Shown: piece after piece, positions 36,288-45,952 of the stretch
Position numbering within the stretch: the first letter of the stretch is position 1
How the letters are laid out: every line of letters starts with the position of its first letter
Assembly (NCBI GenBank): GCA_035535495.1
Contig: DATLQA010000272.1
Coordinates: forward strand, 15,452-79,451
Reading direction: 5' to 3'
From: Actinomycetota bacterium
Lineage (GTDB): Bacteria > Actinomycetota > CALGFH01
Length of the DNA stretch: 64,000 nt
The notes under the pieces: generated by a model
Told to the model about the DNA's origin: nothing
Seen by the model: only the letters and a program-made list of their open reading frames with translations
Databases searched by the model: none
Made by a program: the position numbers and the translations under genes

Positions 36288-38374
36288 CTGGCCGCTTCGC
36301 GGGCCGCCTTGGCCTCCTCGATCACCTTGGCCGCCAGGTGGGACGGGAGCTCCTCGTAATGCGAGAAGTGGCGCGAGAACGAGCCCTTGCCCTTGGTCAT
36401 CGAGCGCAGGTCGATGGCATAGCGGAGCACCTCGGCCTCGGGCACGTTGGCGCGGACCAGGGTGCGGCCGGTGCCGATCGGGTCGGTGCCGACCACCCGG
36501 CCGCGCCGCGACGACAGGTCGCCGAGGATGTCGCCCACGAACTCGTCGGGGATCAGCACCTCCAGCTCGAGCACGGGCTCGAGCAACACCACGTCGGCCG
36601 AGGCGGCGGCGTCCTTGAGGGCCAGAGCGCCGGCGATCTGGAAGGCCATGTCCGAGGAGTCGACCGTGTGGAACTTGCCGTCGCGCAGCGTCACCCGGAT
36701 GTCCACCACCGGGTAGCCGGTCGCCAGCCCGTCCTCCATCGCCTTGCGCACGCCCTTCTCCACCGAGGGGATGAACTGGTTGGGGATGGCGCCGCCGTAG
36801 ATCTTGTCCACGAACTCGAAGCCCGCGCCGCGCGGCTGGGGCTCGACCTCGATGTTGCAGATGCCGTACTGGCCGTGCCCGCCGCTCTGCTTGACGTGCC
36901 GTCCCAGCCCCTTGGCCGGGTTCTTGAAGGTCTCCTTGTAGGGCAGCCGGAGCGGCACCTGGTCGACCTGGACGCCGAACTTGCGCTTGAGGCGCTCCAG
37001 CACGATCTCGATGTGGTTCTCGCCCATCCCCCAGAGCACCGTCTGCTTGGTCTCCGGGTTGCGCTCGACCCGCAGGGTCAGGTCCTCGGCCTCGACCCTG
37101 GTCAGGCCGGAGGAGAGCTTCTCCTCGTCGCCGCGCGAGCGGGGCGCGATCGCCACCGGCAGCAGCGGGTCGGGCATCACCGGGGCGACCAGCACGAACG
37201 GGGAGTCCTTGCCGCAGAGGGTGTCGCCGGTGGAGGTCTCGGCCAGCTTGGCCACCGCGCCGACGTCGCCGGCGACCACCTCGTCCAGTGGCTCCTGAGC
37301 CTTGCCGCGCAGGGTGTGCAGGTGGCCGACGCGCTCGTCCTTGCCCTTGGTGGCGTTCAGCACCGTCTGGTCGGGCCGGAAGGTGCCGGAGACCACCCGG
37401 AACAGGTTGAGCCGGCCGACGTAGGGGTCGGAGATGGTCTTGAAGACGTAGGCGGCCAGCGGCCCGCCCGGGTCGGCGGTGCGGCTGACGATCTCCTCGC
37501 TGCCCGGGGCCGTGCCCTGGTAGGGCTGGCGCTCGGCGGGGGAGGGGAACGCCTGGGTCATGATCTCGAGCAGCTCGGCCGGGCCGATGCCCTTGGTGCC
37601 CGCGCCGGCCAGCACCGGGAAGAGCCGCCCGTCGGCCACCGCCCTCTCCAGGTTCGGGATCAAGTCGGCCGGAGCGATCTCCTCACCGCCGAGATAGCGG
37701 TCCATCAGCTCCTCGTCCTCGGCCTCCTCGATGATCGTCTCGATCAGCTGGGCGCGCATGCTCTTGGCGGCCTCGGCCTGCTCCGCGGGCACGTCGCCCT
37801 CGCTGCGCTCGCCGTCGGCGTAGGTGAAGGCCCGCCCGGACAGCAGCCCGACCACGCCGGTGAAGTCCTGCTCCTCGCCGATCGGCAGGTACAGGGGCGG
37901 GCACTGCTTGCCGAAGGTCTGCTGGATGGCGGCGAGCGTGCGCGTGAAGGAGGCGCGGTCACGGTCGAGCTTGTTGATGAAGAACGCGCGTGGCAGGCCG
38001 AGCTCCTCGGCCATGGTCCAGACGACCTCGGTCTGGGTCTCGACGCCGTCGACCGCGCTGACCACGAACAGCACCGCGTCCACCGCGGGCAGGGCGGACC
38101 GCACGTCGCCCACGAAGTCGGCGTACCCGGGCGCGTCGAGCAGGTTGACCTTGAAGCCGTCGTGCTCCACCGGGGCCAGGGCGAGCGAGACCGAGATCTG
38201 CTTGCGCGTCTCCTCGGGCTCGAAGTCGGTGACGGTGCTGCCGTCCTCGACCCGGCCGACCCGGTTGACGGCTCCGGTTGCGAACAGCAACGCCTCGACC
38301 AGGGAGGTCTTGCCAGTTCCACCATGGCCGACGATCAGGACGTTGCGGACGCGGTCGGTCGGGTAGCTGTTCAA
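36284..38374 (-). CDS. Elongation factor G-like protein EF-G2
   Basis: GHGGTGKT, DAPGYADF, NKLD, KQSGGHGQY, DSSDMAF, EPVLELEV; TTG start with GGAGG RBS. Confidence 0.93.
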   Translation of the reverse strand: MNSYPTDRVRNVLIVGHGGTGKTSLVEALLFATGAVNRVGRVEDGSTVTDFEPEETRKQISVSLALAPVEHDGFKVNLLDAPGYADFVGDVRSALPAVDAVLFVVSAVDGVETQTEVVWTMAEELGLPRAFFINKLDRDRASFTRTLAAIQQTFGKQCPPLYLPIGEEQDFTGVVGLLSGRAFTYADGERSEGDVPAEQAEAAKSMRAQLIETIIEEAEDEELMDRYLGGEEIAPADLIPNLERAVADGRLFPVLAGAGTKGIGPAELLEIMTQAFPSPAERQPYQGTAPGSEEIVSRTADPGGPLAAYVFKTISDPYVGRLNLFRVVSGTFRPDQTVLNATKGKDERVGHLHTLRGKAQEPLDEVVAGDVGAVAKLAETSTGDTLCGKDSPFVLVAPVMPDPLLPVAIAPRSRGDEEKLSSGLTRVEAEDLTLRVERNPETKQTVLWGMGENHIEIVLERLKRKFGVQVDQVPLRLPYKETFKNPAKGLGRHVKQSGGHGQYGICNIEVEPQPRGAGFEFVDKIYGGAIPNQFIPSVEKGVRKAMEDGLATGYPVVDIRVTLRDGKFHTVDSSDMAFQIAGALALKDAAASADVVLLEPVLELEVLIPDEFVGDILGDLSSRRGRVVGTDPIGTGRTLVRANVPEAEVLRYAIDLRSMTKGKGSFSRHFSHYEELPSHLAAKVIEEAKAAREAAR

Positions 38375-38726
38375 GGTTCCGGACCTCCCTGCTCGAGGAA
38401 CTGCCGCCGAGGGGAGGTCGCACTCACCTCGGACCGCTCGTATCGGTCCGGAGACGGCGCGTTCGCCGAACTCCGGGCCCGCGTGGGCATCGATCAGCCG
38501 CGCGTGCCAACCGCGCCGTGTTCACCACCCGGCCGCACACCGTTCACGCAGGTTCCGGCCGGGAGACGCGTTCGCGATGCTACCACCCTGCCGAGGCTCC
38601 CTGGCTGCAGCAGAACCGCAATTGGAGGAGAATTGAGGTGGTACGAATGACATGCTAGCCTCGCCACTCGTCCGGTCCGTACGCTGGGCCGTCACTGAGG
38701 GCGACCCACCTGTCGACAGGATTTCA

Positions 38727-39326
38727 GTGCTCTCCTCCAACAAAGCGCGCAACAGCTTCCGACACGTCACCGAGCCCGCCGGGCATGCGCTGGCCAAGGC
38801 CGGGTTCACCGCCAACAGTCTCACCGCGATCGGTCTGGCCGGCAGCGTCAGCGCCGGTGTGCTCATCGCCAGCGGCCATGGGCGCGTCGGCGGCCTGCTG
38901 AGCCTGCTGTCCGGCCTGCCGGACATGCTGGATGGCGCGGTGGCCAAGGCGACCGGGCGGAACTCCCGCCGCGGTGCCTTCCTCGATTCGGTGGTCGACC
39001 GGCTCTCCGACGCGGCCGTGCTCGCCGGCATCGTCTGGCTGGGCATCGCCAGCAACCAGCCCCGGGTCGCCGTGCTGGCCGCCATGGTGATGGCGCTGTC
39101 GCTGATCGTCTCGTACGTCAAGGCACGGGCCGAGTCGCTCGGCTACGAGTGCAACGTCGGCATCGCCGAGCGCCCCGAGCGGGTGGTCGTGCTCGGCATC
39201 GCCCTGCTCGTCGGTCACGTGCTCGCCGGCCTCTGGGTCCTGGTGGTGGCCGCGGCGATCACGGTGGTCCAGCGCGTCATGCGTGTCTGGCAGCAACCCG
39301 ACGTCGAGCCGGACATCGGTCGGTGA
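38727..39326 (+). CDS. pgsA: Phosphatidylinositol-phosphate synthase (CDP-alcohol phosphatidyltransferase)
   Basis: DMLDGAVAK...GAFLDSVVDRLSD, VSYVKARAE, ERPER. Confidence 0.92.
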   Translation: MLSSNKARNSFRHVTEPAGHALAKAGFTANSLTAIGLAGSVSAGVLIASGHGRVGGLLSLLSGLPDMLDGAVAKATGRNSRRGAFLDSVVDRLSDAAVLAGIVWLGIASNQPRVAVLAAMVMALSLIVSYVKARAESLGYECNVGIAERPERVVVLGIALLVGHVLAGLWVLVVAAAITVVQRVMRVWQQPDVEPDIGR

Positions 39327-40336
39327 CCACGCCGGACCAGCGTGCAGCCCGCCGTTGGCTGCGCGCCTGGCAGGCTTGCCGGCGCCTCCCCGAGCCGGTT
39401 GCGTTCGCCTTCGGCCGGCTCGGCGGGGTGGCCTGGTACCTGGCGGACCGTCGCCGCCGTGAGGCCCTCCGCGACAACCTGCGCCACGTCCTCGGACCAC
39501 AGACCAGCCCGTCCGCGCTCGAACGGGTGGTGCGGCGCGGCTTCGCCAGCTACGGGCGCTACTGGGTCGAGGCGTTCCGGCTCGAGGACCTGCCGCACGC
39601 CGAGGTGGTGCGGCGCATGGACTTCGACGGCCGCGAGCACCTCGACGGCGCCCTGGCCTCCGGCCGCGGGGTGATCTTCGCCGCGCCGCACCTCGGCAAC
39701 TGGGACTTCGGCGCGGCCTGGCTCGGGGTCAACGGCTACCCCGCGTCCGCGGTCGTCGAGCGGCTCCGCCCGGCGGCGCTGTTCGACCGCTTCGCCGCCT
39801 ACCGGCGCGCCCTCGGCATCGAGATCCTGCCGCTCGAGGACGGCTCGGAGACGCTCAGGGCCGTGCTCAGGGTGCTCCGCGGCGGCCGGCTCGCCCTGCT
39901 GGTCTGCGACCGCGACCTGACCGGCGGCGGCCTGCCGGTGACCATGTTCGGCGCGCCGACCACCCTGCCGGGCGGGCCGGCCTCGCTCGCCCTCAAGACC
40001 GGCGCGCTGGTGCTGCCGTGCGCGGTCTTCCAGGCCCGTCGGCGTGGCCGCTGGCTGGCCGTGTGCCGCCCGCCGCTGGAAGCCCGTCCGACCGGCGACG
40101 CGCGCGCCGACGCCGCCGACCTGACCACCCGGCTGGCGGCCGAGTTCGAGCTGCTGATCGCCCGCGCGCCCGAGCAGTGGCACGTGCTCAGCCGCTACTG
40201 GCGCCGACTGCCCCGCAGGGAGGGCGACCCTCACGGTGAGGCGGACGACTCGCGCCCTTGGTCCCAGCCCCACCGACTGCCCCGCGGAGAGGGCAGCCCG
40301 TCATCGCCCCCGGTGGACCGGGCGACCGCCTTCTGA
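39323..40336 (+). CDS. Phosphatidylinositol mannoside acyltransferase (PatA / lipid A acyltransferase family)
   Basis: SYGRYWVE, HLGNWDF, LVCDRD, PEQWH; sits between pgsA and pimA; C-terminal tail is repeat-derived. Confidence 0.88.
   Translation: MTTPDQRAARRWLRAWQACRRLPEPVAFAFGRLGGVAWYLADRRRREALRDNLRHVLGPQTSPSALERVVRRGFASYGRYWVEAFRLEDLPHAEVVRRMDFDGREHLDGALASGRGVIFAAPHLGNWDFGAAWLGVNGYPASAVVERLRPAALFDRFAAYRRALGIEILPLEDGSETLRAVLRVLRGGRLALLVCDRDLTGGGLPVTMFGAPTTLPGGPASLALKTGALVLPCAVFQARRRGRWLAVCRPPLEARPTGDARADAADLTTRLAAEFELLIARAPEQWHVLSRYWRRLPRREGDPHGEADDSRPWSQPHRLPRGEGSPSSPPVDRATAF
40206..40298 (+). repeat. Two family-2 repeat motifs inside the 3' end of the acyltransferase CDS
   Basis: GACTGCCCCGCAGGGAGGGCGAC at 40206 and GACTGCCCCGCGGAGAGGGCAGC at 40275, 69 bp apart and in frame. 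Confidence 0.7.
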
Positions 40337-40347
40337 CGGGCCTGGCC

Positions 40348-41454
40348 ATGCGGATCGGGATCGTCTGCCCCTACGAGTGGACCGTGCCTGGCGGGGTCGG
40401 CGCGCACGTCCGCGGCCTCGCCGCCGAGCTGCGCCAGCTCGGCCACGCCGTCGACGTGCTCGCCCCGGCCGAGCGGCCGGTGGCCGAGGAGCACTTCGTC
40501 GGCCTCGGCGGGTCGGTGCCGGTGCCCTACAACGGCTCGGTGGCCCGGATCGCCTTCGGCCCGCGCGCCGCGGTCCGCGTCCGCAACGCCCTTGCCCGCG
40601 GCCGGTACGAGCTGCTGCACGTCCACGAGCCGCTGTCGCCCAGCGTGGGGCTGCTCGCGCTCGGCCAGGCCAGCGTCCCGGTGGTGGGCACCTTCCACGC
40701 CAACCTGGGCCGCTCCGTCGCCCTGCGGGCCTCGAGCCCGGTGCTCCGGCGCGGCTGGGGCCGGCTGGCCGCCCGCATCGCCGTCTCCCTGGCCGCGAGG
40801 GAGACCTGGCAGCGGCATTTCACCGGGGCGATGACGGTGGTGCCCAACGGCATCGGCGCGGAGTTCTACGTCCCGCACGACCCCCTGCCCGGCTTTACCG
40901 GCGACGACCCGACGATGCTGTTCGTCGGCCGCCTCGAGCCCCGCAAGGGCCTCGCCTACCTGGTGCGGGCGTTCCTCCGCCTGAAGCCGACGTTCCCGCG
41001 CCTGCGCCTGCTGGTGGTCGGCAGGGACCACAAGCGGCAGCAGGAGAAGACCATGGCGATGGTGCCGCCACGGCTGCGGCCGGACGTGGTCTTCGTCGGC
41101 TCGGTGCCCCAGGCCGACCTGCCCTCCTACTACGCCTCGGCCGACCTGTTCTGCGCCCCGTCGCTTGGCGGGGAATCCTTCGGCTACGTGCTGGTGGAGG
41201 CCATGGCGATGGGTCTGCCGGTGGTCTGCTCCGACATCGGCGGCTACCGCGACCTGGTCCGCGACGACCACGAGGGGCTGCTGGTACCACCGCGTGATCC
41301 GGAGGCCCTGGCCAGGGCGATCGGCTCACTGCTCGACAACCCGGCCAGGCGGGCCGCGCTGGCGGAGGTGGCCAGGACCTCGGCCGCCCGCTACGCCTGG
41401 CCGGTGGTGGCCAAGGAAGTCGCCGCCGTCTACGAGGAGGCCGCCGGCTCGTAG
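40348..41454 (+). CDS. pimA: Phosphatidyl-myo-inositol mannosyltransferase (GT4)
   Basis: MRIGIVCPY...PGGV, VPVPYNGSVAR, HVHEP, EPRKG, SLGGESFGYVLVEAMA. Confidence 0.9.
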   Translation: MRIGIVCPYEWTVPGGVGAHVRGLAAELRQLGHAVDVLAPAERPVAEEHFVGLGGSVPVPYNGSVARIAFGPRAAVRVRNALARGRYELLHVHEPLSPSVGLLALGQASVPVVGTFHANLGRSVALRASSPVLRRGWGRLAARIAVSLAARETWQRHFTGAMTVVPNGIGAEFYVPHDPLPGFTGDDPTMLFVGRLEPRKGLAYLVRAFLRLKPTFPRLRLLVVGRDHKRQQEKTMAMVPPRLRPDVVFVGSVPQADLPSYYASADLFCAPSLGGESFGYVLVEAMAMGLPVVCSDIGGYRDLVRDDHEGLLVPPRDPEALARAIGSLLDNPARRAALAEVARTSAARYAWPVVAKEVAAVYEEAAGS

Positions 41455-41532
41455 GGCGCACGGTTGCCGGGGCCGGAGCCTTCCGCGGTTGTAGACTGCG
41501 CCAGACCCGGTGGACGACGTCGTCAGGAGGAC

Positions 41533-41991
41533 GTGGGAGTGGACGTGGCAGCGGCCCTGTGGGGCGGGATCGTCGGGGCGATCGTGATGGCGACCGTGTA
41601 CGTGGGCTTCCTCGGCCTGCGGCTGACCAGGCTGGACCTGGTGCGGTTCGAGGGCGGCCTGCTGGCGCGGGACAGCACCCCGATGGTCTACATCTACGGG
41701 GCCTTCGTCCACCTCGCCCTCGGCGCCGTGCTCGCCCTCGGCTACCGCTGGATCTTCGAGCAGATCCACTCGGCCAGCTACGTCGGCTGGGGGGCGCTCG
41801 TCGGCCTCGCCCACGGCGTGCTCCTCGTCCTGCTGCTGCCGCTGCTCGGCATGGCCAACCGCAACGTGCGGGCCGAGGCGGAGCCGGAGCCCGGGCTGCT
41901 CGGCCGGCGCTACGGCCGCTTCACCCCGGTCAGCCTGGTGGTCGCGTACGTGGTGTTCGGCGTCTGGGTCGGCGCCTTCCTGCTGCCCTGA
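41533..41991 (+). CDS. Hypothetical four-TM membrane protein
   Basis: AGGAGG RBS, GTG start, four hydrophobic segments, stop overlaps the next ATG (TGATG). Confidence 0.7.
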   Translation: MGVDVAAALWGGIVGAIVMATVYVGFLGLRLTRLDLVRFEGGLLARDSTPMVYIYGAFVHLALGAVLALGYRWIFEQIHSASYVGWGALVGLAHGVLLVLLLPLLGMANRNVRAEAEPEPGLLGRRYGRFTPVSLVVAYVVFGVWVGAFLLP

Positions 41992-42815
41992 TGCTCCCGG
42001 CCGCAACCACCGTCACGCCGATGGGCTCGACCTCGCCCCCCGCCCTGCTGATGGCCGAGCACACCCAGCGCAACCGCCGCGCCTGGCTCGGCACGGTCGC
42101 GGTGCTCACCGCCGTCCAGGCCGGGATCGGGCTGCTGGTCGGGCTGCTGGTCGCGCTGACCGTTGGCGGCGGCGGCGCCGCCATCGGCGCCGGCCTGGGC
42201 GCGGGGCTGGCGGTCGCCGTGCTGGTCACCAACCTCGCGCCTGGCCTCGGTGAGCGCTCGGCCCTGTCGCGCGCCGGCGTCCGCCCCGCCGACCCAGAGC
42301 GCCAGCCCCGCCTCTTCAACCTCACCCAGGGCCTGTGCGAGCGGGCCGGGCTGCCGTTGCCACGGCTGTACCTGGTCGACAGCGAGGCCGCCAACGCCTT
42401 CGCGGTCGGCCGTGACCAAGCCCGCAGCGCCCTGGTGCTGACCAGCGGCCTGCTCGAGCTGCTCAACCGGGTCGAACTCGAGGGCGTGATCGCCCACGAG
42501 CTGGCCCACATCAAGAGCGGCGGCGCCCGCCTGGCCAGCGCCGCGGTGATCCTCCAGGCCCTCCCGGGCCCGCTCGCCCGGCTGCTGCCCCTCGGCGCCT
42601 CGCCCAGCCGCCTGTTCGACGCGGACACCAGCGCCGCCTACCTCACCCGCTACCCGCCTGGCCTCGCCGGCGCGCTGGCCAAGCTGGCCGCCGCGCCGCC
42701 CACGGCCGCCGACCCCGGGCTCGACCACCTCTGGCTGGTCGCTCCCCGGCCGGACGCCCCCGCCGCGACCCATCCTCCGGTCGCCGAGCGGATCGCCTCC
42801 CTGCGCGACCTGTAG
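41991..42815 (+). CDS. M48/HtpX-like metallopeptidase homologue
   Basis: Two N-terminal TMs, ANAFAVG, TSGLLELLNRVELEGVIAHELAHI, YPPGLAGALAKL, THPPVAERI. Confidence 0.8.
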   Translation: MLPAATTVTPMGSTSPPALLMAEHTQRNRRAWLGTVAVLTAVQAGIGLLVGLLVALTVGGGGAAIGAGLGAGLAVAVLVTNLAPGLGERSALSRAGVRPADPERQPRLFNLTQGLCERAGLPLPRLYLVDSEAANAFAVGRDQARSALVLTSGLLELLNRVELEGVIAHELAHIKSGGARLASAAVILQALPGPLARLLPLGASPSRLFDADTSAAYLTRYPPGLAGALAKLAAAPPTAADPGLDHLWLVAPRPDAPAATHPPVAERIASLRDL

Positions 42816-42972
42816 GCCGCGCGGATCCGGAATTCGCCGTGGCCGGATCAAACCGGTAGCTGTCGGCGAAACCGAACAAGCGTTCCTGGACGCGGAATCG
42901 GGCAATCCATATGCTCCGCCCGCATCCCGGGCGCACCGGAGAGCCCGGAACGAGTTCTCAAGGAGGACATCC

Positions 42973-44670
42973 GTGCGGAGACTCCTGCTTTGCGCGTTGG
43001 CGGCCATCGTCGCCGGCGCGCTCGCCACGCCGGTCGGCGCCGGCGCCCAGACGGGCTCGAGCGGACAGGCGGCCCAGCAGTCCACCGCCACCGAGTACGT
43101 CGTGCTCTACAAGAACGCCGCCTCGGCCACCGCCGCCAAGGACGCCATCAAGGCCGCGGGCGGCACCGTCCTGCGGGAGAACTCCGCCATCGGCATGGCC
43201 ACCGTGCGCGCCACCAGGGCCGACTTCATCACCGCCGTGAGCGGCAAGGCCGGCGTCGCCGGCGCGGCCCGCAACCGGGCCATCGGCCAGGCGCCGGACG
43301 ACGCCCTCAAGCCCGACGAGGTCGAGACCGAGAGCCTCAGGGCGGCGACCAACGCCGCCAAGGGCACGGCTGACGCGGCCGCCGTGAAGGGTGCCGAGCC
43401 GCTGGCCGCCCTGCAGTGGGGGATGCGCATGGTCAACGCCACCCCGAGCGGCTCCTACAAGGTCGACCAGGGCCGCCGCTCGGTGATGGTCGGGATCATG
43501 GACACCGGCGTCGACGGCAGCCACCCGGACATCGCCCCCAACTTCAACCGCGGGCTGAGCCGCAACTTCACCACCGACATCCCGCTGATCGACGGCGACT
43601 GCGCGACCGAGCCCGACCAGTCGTGCAACGACCCGGCCGACGTGGACGAGAACGGACACGGCACCCACGTGGCCGGCATCGTCGGCGCGGCCGTCAACGA
43701 CCTCGGCGTCGCCGGCGTGGCCCCCAAGGTCACCCTGGTCAACATCCGGGCCGGCCAGGATTCCGGCTTCTTCTTCCTGGACGCCACCGTCAACGCCATG
43801 GTCTATGCCGCCAAGGTGGGCATCGACGTGGTCAACATGAGCTTCTTCACCGACCCGTGGCTGTTCAACTGCGCCGCCAACCCGGCCGACTCGCCGCAGG
43901 AGCAGATCGAGCAGCGCACCGTCATCGCCGCCACCCAGCTGGCGGTGAACTTCGCCCGCAAGCGCGGCGTCACCTTCGTCGGCGCCTACGGCAACCAGCA
44001 CATCGACATCGGCAAGCCGACGACGGACGACACCAGCCCCGACTTCCCACCTAACGCCGCGAAGCACCGCGATATCGACAATTCCTGCCTGAGCGTGCCG
44101 ACCGAGACCGACGGCGTCATCTCGGTGACCGCGCTCGGCCCGAGCGGGCGCAAGGCCGACTACTCCACCTACGGCCTCGAGGGCGCCGACGTCGCCGCTC
44201 CCGGCGGCTGGTTCCGCGACTTCTTCGGCAGCCCGCAGTTCCAGCAGGTGCAGAACCAGATCCTGTCCACCTACCCCAAGACGCGCCTGCAGGAGCTGGG
44301 CCTGCTCGACCCCAACGGCGTCCCGCTCGTCCCCGACGTGGTGCGTGACTGCAACGGCGACGTCTGCGGGTACTACCGGTACCTGCAGGGCACCTCGATG
44401 GCGTCGCCCCACGCCGCCGGCGTGGCGGCCCTGGTGGTCAGCGCCAACGGGCACCGGGACAAGGGCGACCGTGGGCTCACCCTGAACCCGGACGCCACCG
44501 AGCGGATCCTCAAGGCGACCGCCGAGGACACGCCCTGCCCGACCCCGCCACTGCAGACCTACACCAGCGAGGGACGGCCGGCGGACTGGAACGCGCTCTG
44601 CGAGGGCACCCTGGAACGCAACGGCTTCTACGGCTTCGGCATCGTCGACGCCCTGGCCGCCGTGGGGTGA
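42973..44670 (+). CDS. Secreted subtilase (S8) with inhibitor-I9-like prodomain
   Basis: Signal peptide; catalytic triad motifs DTGVD, HGTHVAG, GTSMASPHAAG; AAGGAGG RBS. Confidence 0.94.
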   Translation: MRRLLLCALAAIVAGALATPVGAGAQTGSSGQAAQQSTATEYVVLYKNAASATAAKDAIKAAGGTVLRENSAIGMATVRATRADFITAVSGKAGVAGAARNRAIGQAPDDALKPDEVETESLRAATNAAKGTADAAAVKGAEPLAALQWGMRMVNATPSGSYKVDQGRRSVMVGIMDTGVDGSHPDIAPNFNRGLSRNFTTDIPLIDGDCATEPDQSCNDPADVDENGHGTHVAGIVGAAVNDLGVAGVAPKVTLVNIRAGQDSGFFFLDATVNAMVYAAKVGIDVVNMSFFTDPWLFNCAANPADSPQEQIEQRTVIAATQLAVNFARKRGVTFVGAYGNQHIDIGKPTTDDTSPDFPPNAAKHRDIDNSCLSVPTETDGVISVTALGPSGRKADYSTYGLEGADVAAPGGWFRDFFGSPQFQQVQNQILSTYPKTRLQELGLLDPNGVPLVPDVVRDCNGDVCGYYRYLQGTSMASPHAAGVAALVVSANGHRDKGDRGLTLNPDATERILKATAEDTPCPTPPLQTYTSEGRPADWNALCEGTLERNGFYGFGIVDALAAVG

Positions 44671-44672
44671 TG

Positions 44673-44759
44673 CATTCGGGGGGGAGCAGGTGACCCATTC
44701 GGGGGGGAGCCCGAGGCAGCTCCCCCCCGAACCCCCCATCGGGTACCTAGGCGGGATCC
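44673..44759. repeat. REP-like family 1, copy 2, with a duplicated left arm
   Basis: CATTCGGGGGGGAGC at 44673 and again at 44696, then CCGAGGCA-GCTCCCCCCCGAA-CCCCCCATCGGGTACCTAGGCGGGATCC. Confidence 0.88.
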
Positions 44760-44802
44760 CGTCGGTCGGCACCGCCCGGAGCGGGTCGCCGTTGCCGCCG
44801 CC

Positions 44803-44958
44803 GTCGCCCTGCCTGCGGGGCAGTTGGTTTCCTCCCTGACAGGGAGCCGGCACCACCGTCCGCAGCCGTCCGCCACGGCCCGGACCCTCGCCCCCGGGCC
44901 CCAGCACAACGAGCCGCCCGCCCCCAAGCCGTCACAGTCACCCTGCCTGCGGGGCAGT
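44803..44958 (-). mobile_element. ~155-bp element with direct terminal repeats (family 2, full copy A); putative non-autonomous element
   Basis: GTC(A/G)CCCTGCCTGCGGGGCAGT at 44803 and 44937; interior shares AGCACAACGAGCCGC and a GACAGG(G/A)AGCC-GCACCA block with the inverted copy at 58076-58230. Confidence 0.65.
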
Positions 44959-45056
44959 GGTAGCCTGAATCGTCGGAGAACTCCCCTGAGCACGGAAAAC
45001 GGCGTCGTATGAGCCCTGCCCGGCGGGAGCCGGGAGGGGCGGAGGTGCACCCTGGC

Positions 45057-45947
45057 ATGAGCTCGACGAACCACGCGACCGGGACCGGCCGGGTCAAGCG
45101 CGGCCTGGCCGAGAACCTGAAGGGCGGCGTCATCATGGACGTCGTCACCCCTGAGCACGCCAAGATCGCCGAGGACGCCGGCGCGGTCGCCGTGATGGCC
45201 CTGGAGCGCGTCCCCGCCGACATCCGCGTGCAGGGGGGCGTCGCCCGGATGAGCGACCCGGCGCTGGTCGAGCAGATCATGCACGCGGTCAGCATCCCGG
45301 TGATGGCCAAGGCCCGCATCGGGCACTTCGTCGAGGCCCAGGTGCTCGAGGCGCTCGGGGTCGACTACGTCGACGAGTCCGAGGTGCTCTCGCCGGCCGA
45401 CGAGGAGCACCACGTCGACAAGTGGCGCTTCACCGTGCCGTTCGTCTGCGGCGCCACCAACCTCGGCGAGGCGCTGCGCCGCATCAGCGAGGGCGCGGCG
45501 ATGATCCGCTCCAAGGGCGAGGCCGGCACCGGCAACGTGATCGAGGCGGTGCGCCACATGCGCGCCATCACCGGCGCCGTCCGCCGCCTCGCCGGGCTGG
45601 ACGAGGCCGAGCTGTACGCCGCCGCCAAGGACCTCCGCGCCCCCTACGAGCTGGTCGCCGAGGTCGCCAAGGACGGCCGCCTGCCGGTGGTGCTGTTCAC
45701 CGCCGGCGGCATCGCCACCCCGGCCGACGCCGCACTGATGATGCAGCTCGGCGCGGACGGGGTGTTCGTCGGGTCGGGGATCTTCAAGTCCGGCGACCCG
45801 GCCAGGCGTGCCAGGGCGATCGTCGAGGCGACCACCTTCTACAACGACCCGGCGATCATCGCGAAGGTCTCCCGCGGGCTGGGCGAGCCGATGGTCGGCA
45901 TCGCCAGCGTGCCCGAAGGCGAGCGGCTGGCCGTCCGCGGCTGGTAG
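45057..45947 (+). CDS. pdxS: Pyridoxal 5'-phosphate synthase lyase subunit
   Basis: [53 protein letters not shown]. Confidence 0.97.
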   Translation: MSSTNHATGTGRVKRGLAENLKGGVIMDVVTPEHAKIAEDAGAVAVMALERVPADIRVQGGVARMSDPALVEQIMHAVSIPVMAKARIGHFVEAQVLEALGVDYVDESEVLSPADEEHHVDKWRFTVPFVCGATNLGEALRRISEGAAMIRSKGEAGTGNVIEAVRHMRAITGAVRRLAGLDEAELYAAAKDLRAPYELVAEVAKDGRLPVVLFTAGGIATPADAALMMQLGADGVFVGSGIFKSGDPARRARAIVEATTFYNDPAIIAKVSRGLGEPMVGIASVPEGERLAVRGW

Positions 45948-45952
45948 GCGCC

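Noticed and set aside
44803-44958. Riboswitch or self-cleaving ribozyme upstream of pdxS
   Set aside because: No recognisable hammerhead, HDV, TPP or other consensus by eye, and the homologous copy lies in an unrelated context. Kept only as a dispersed repeat.
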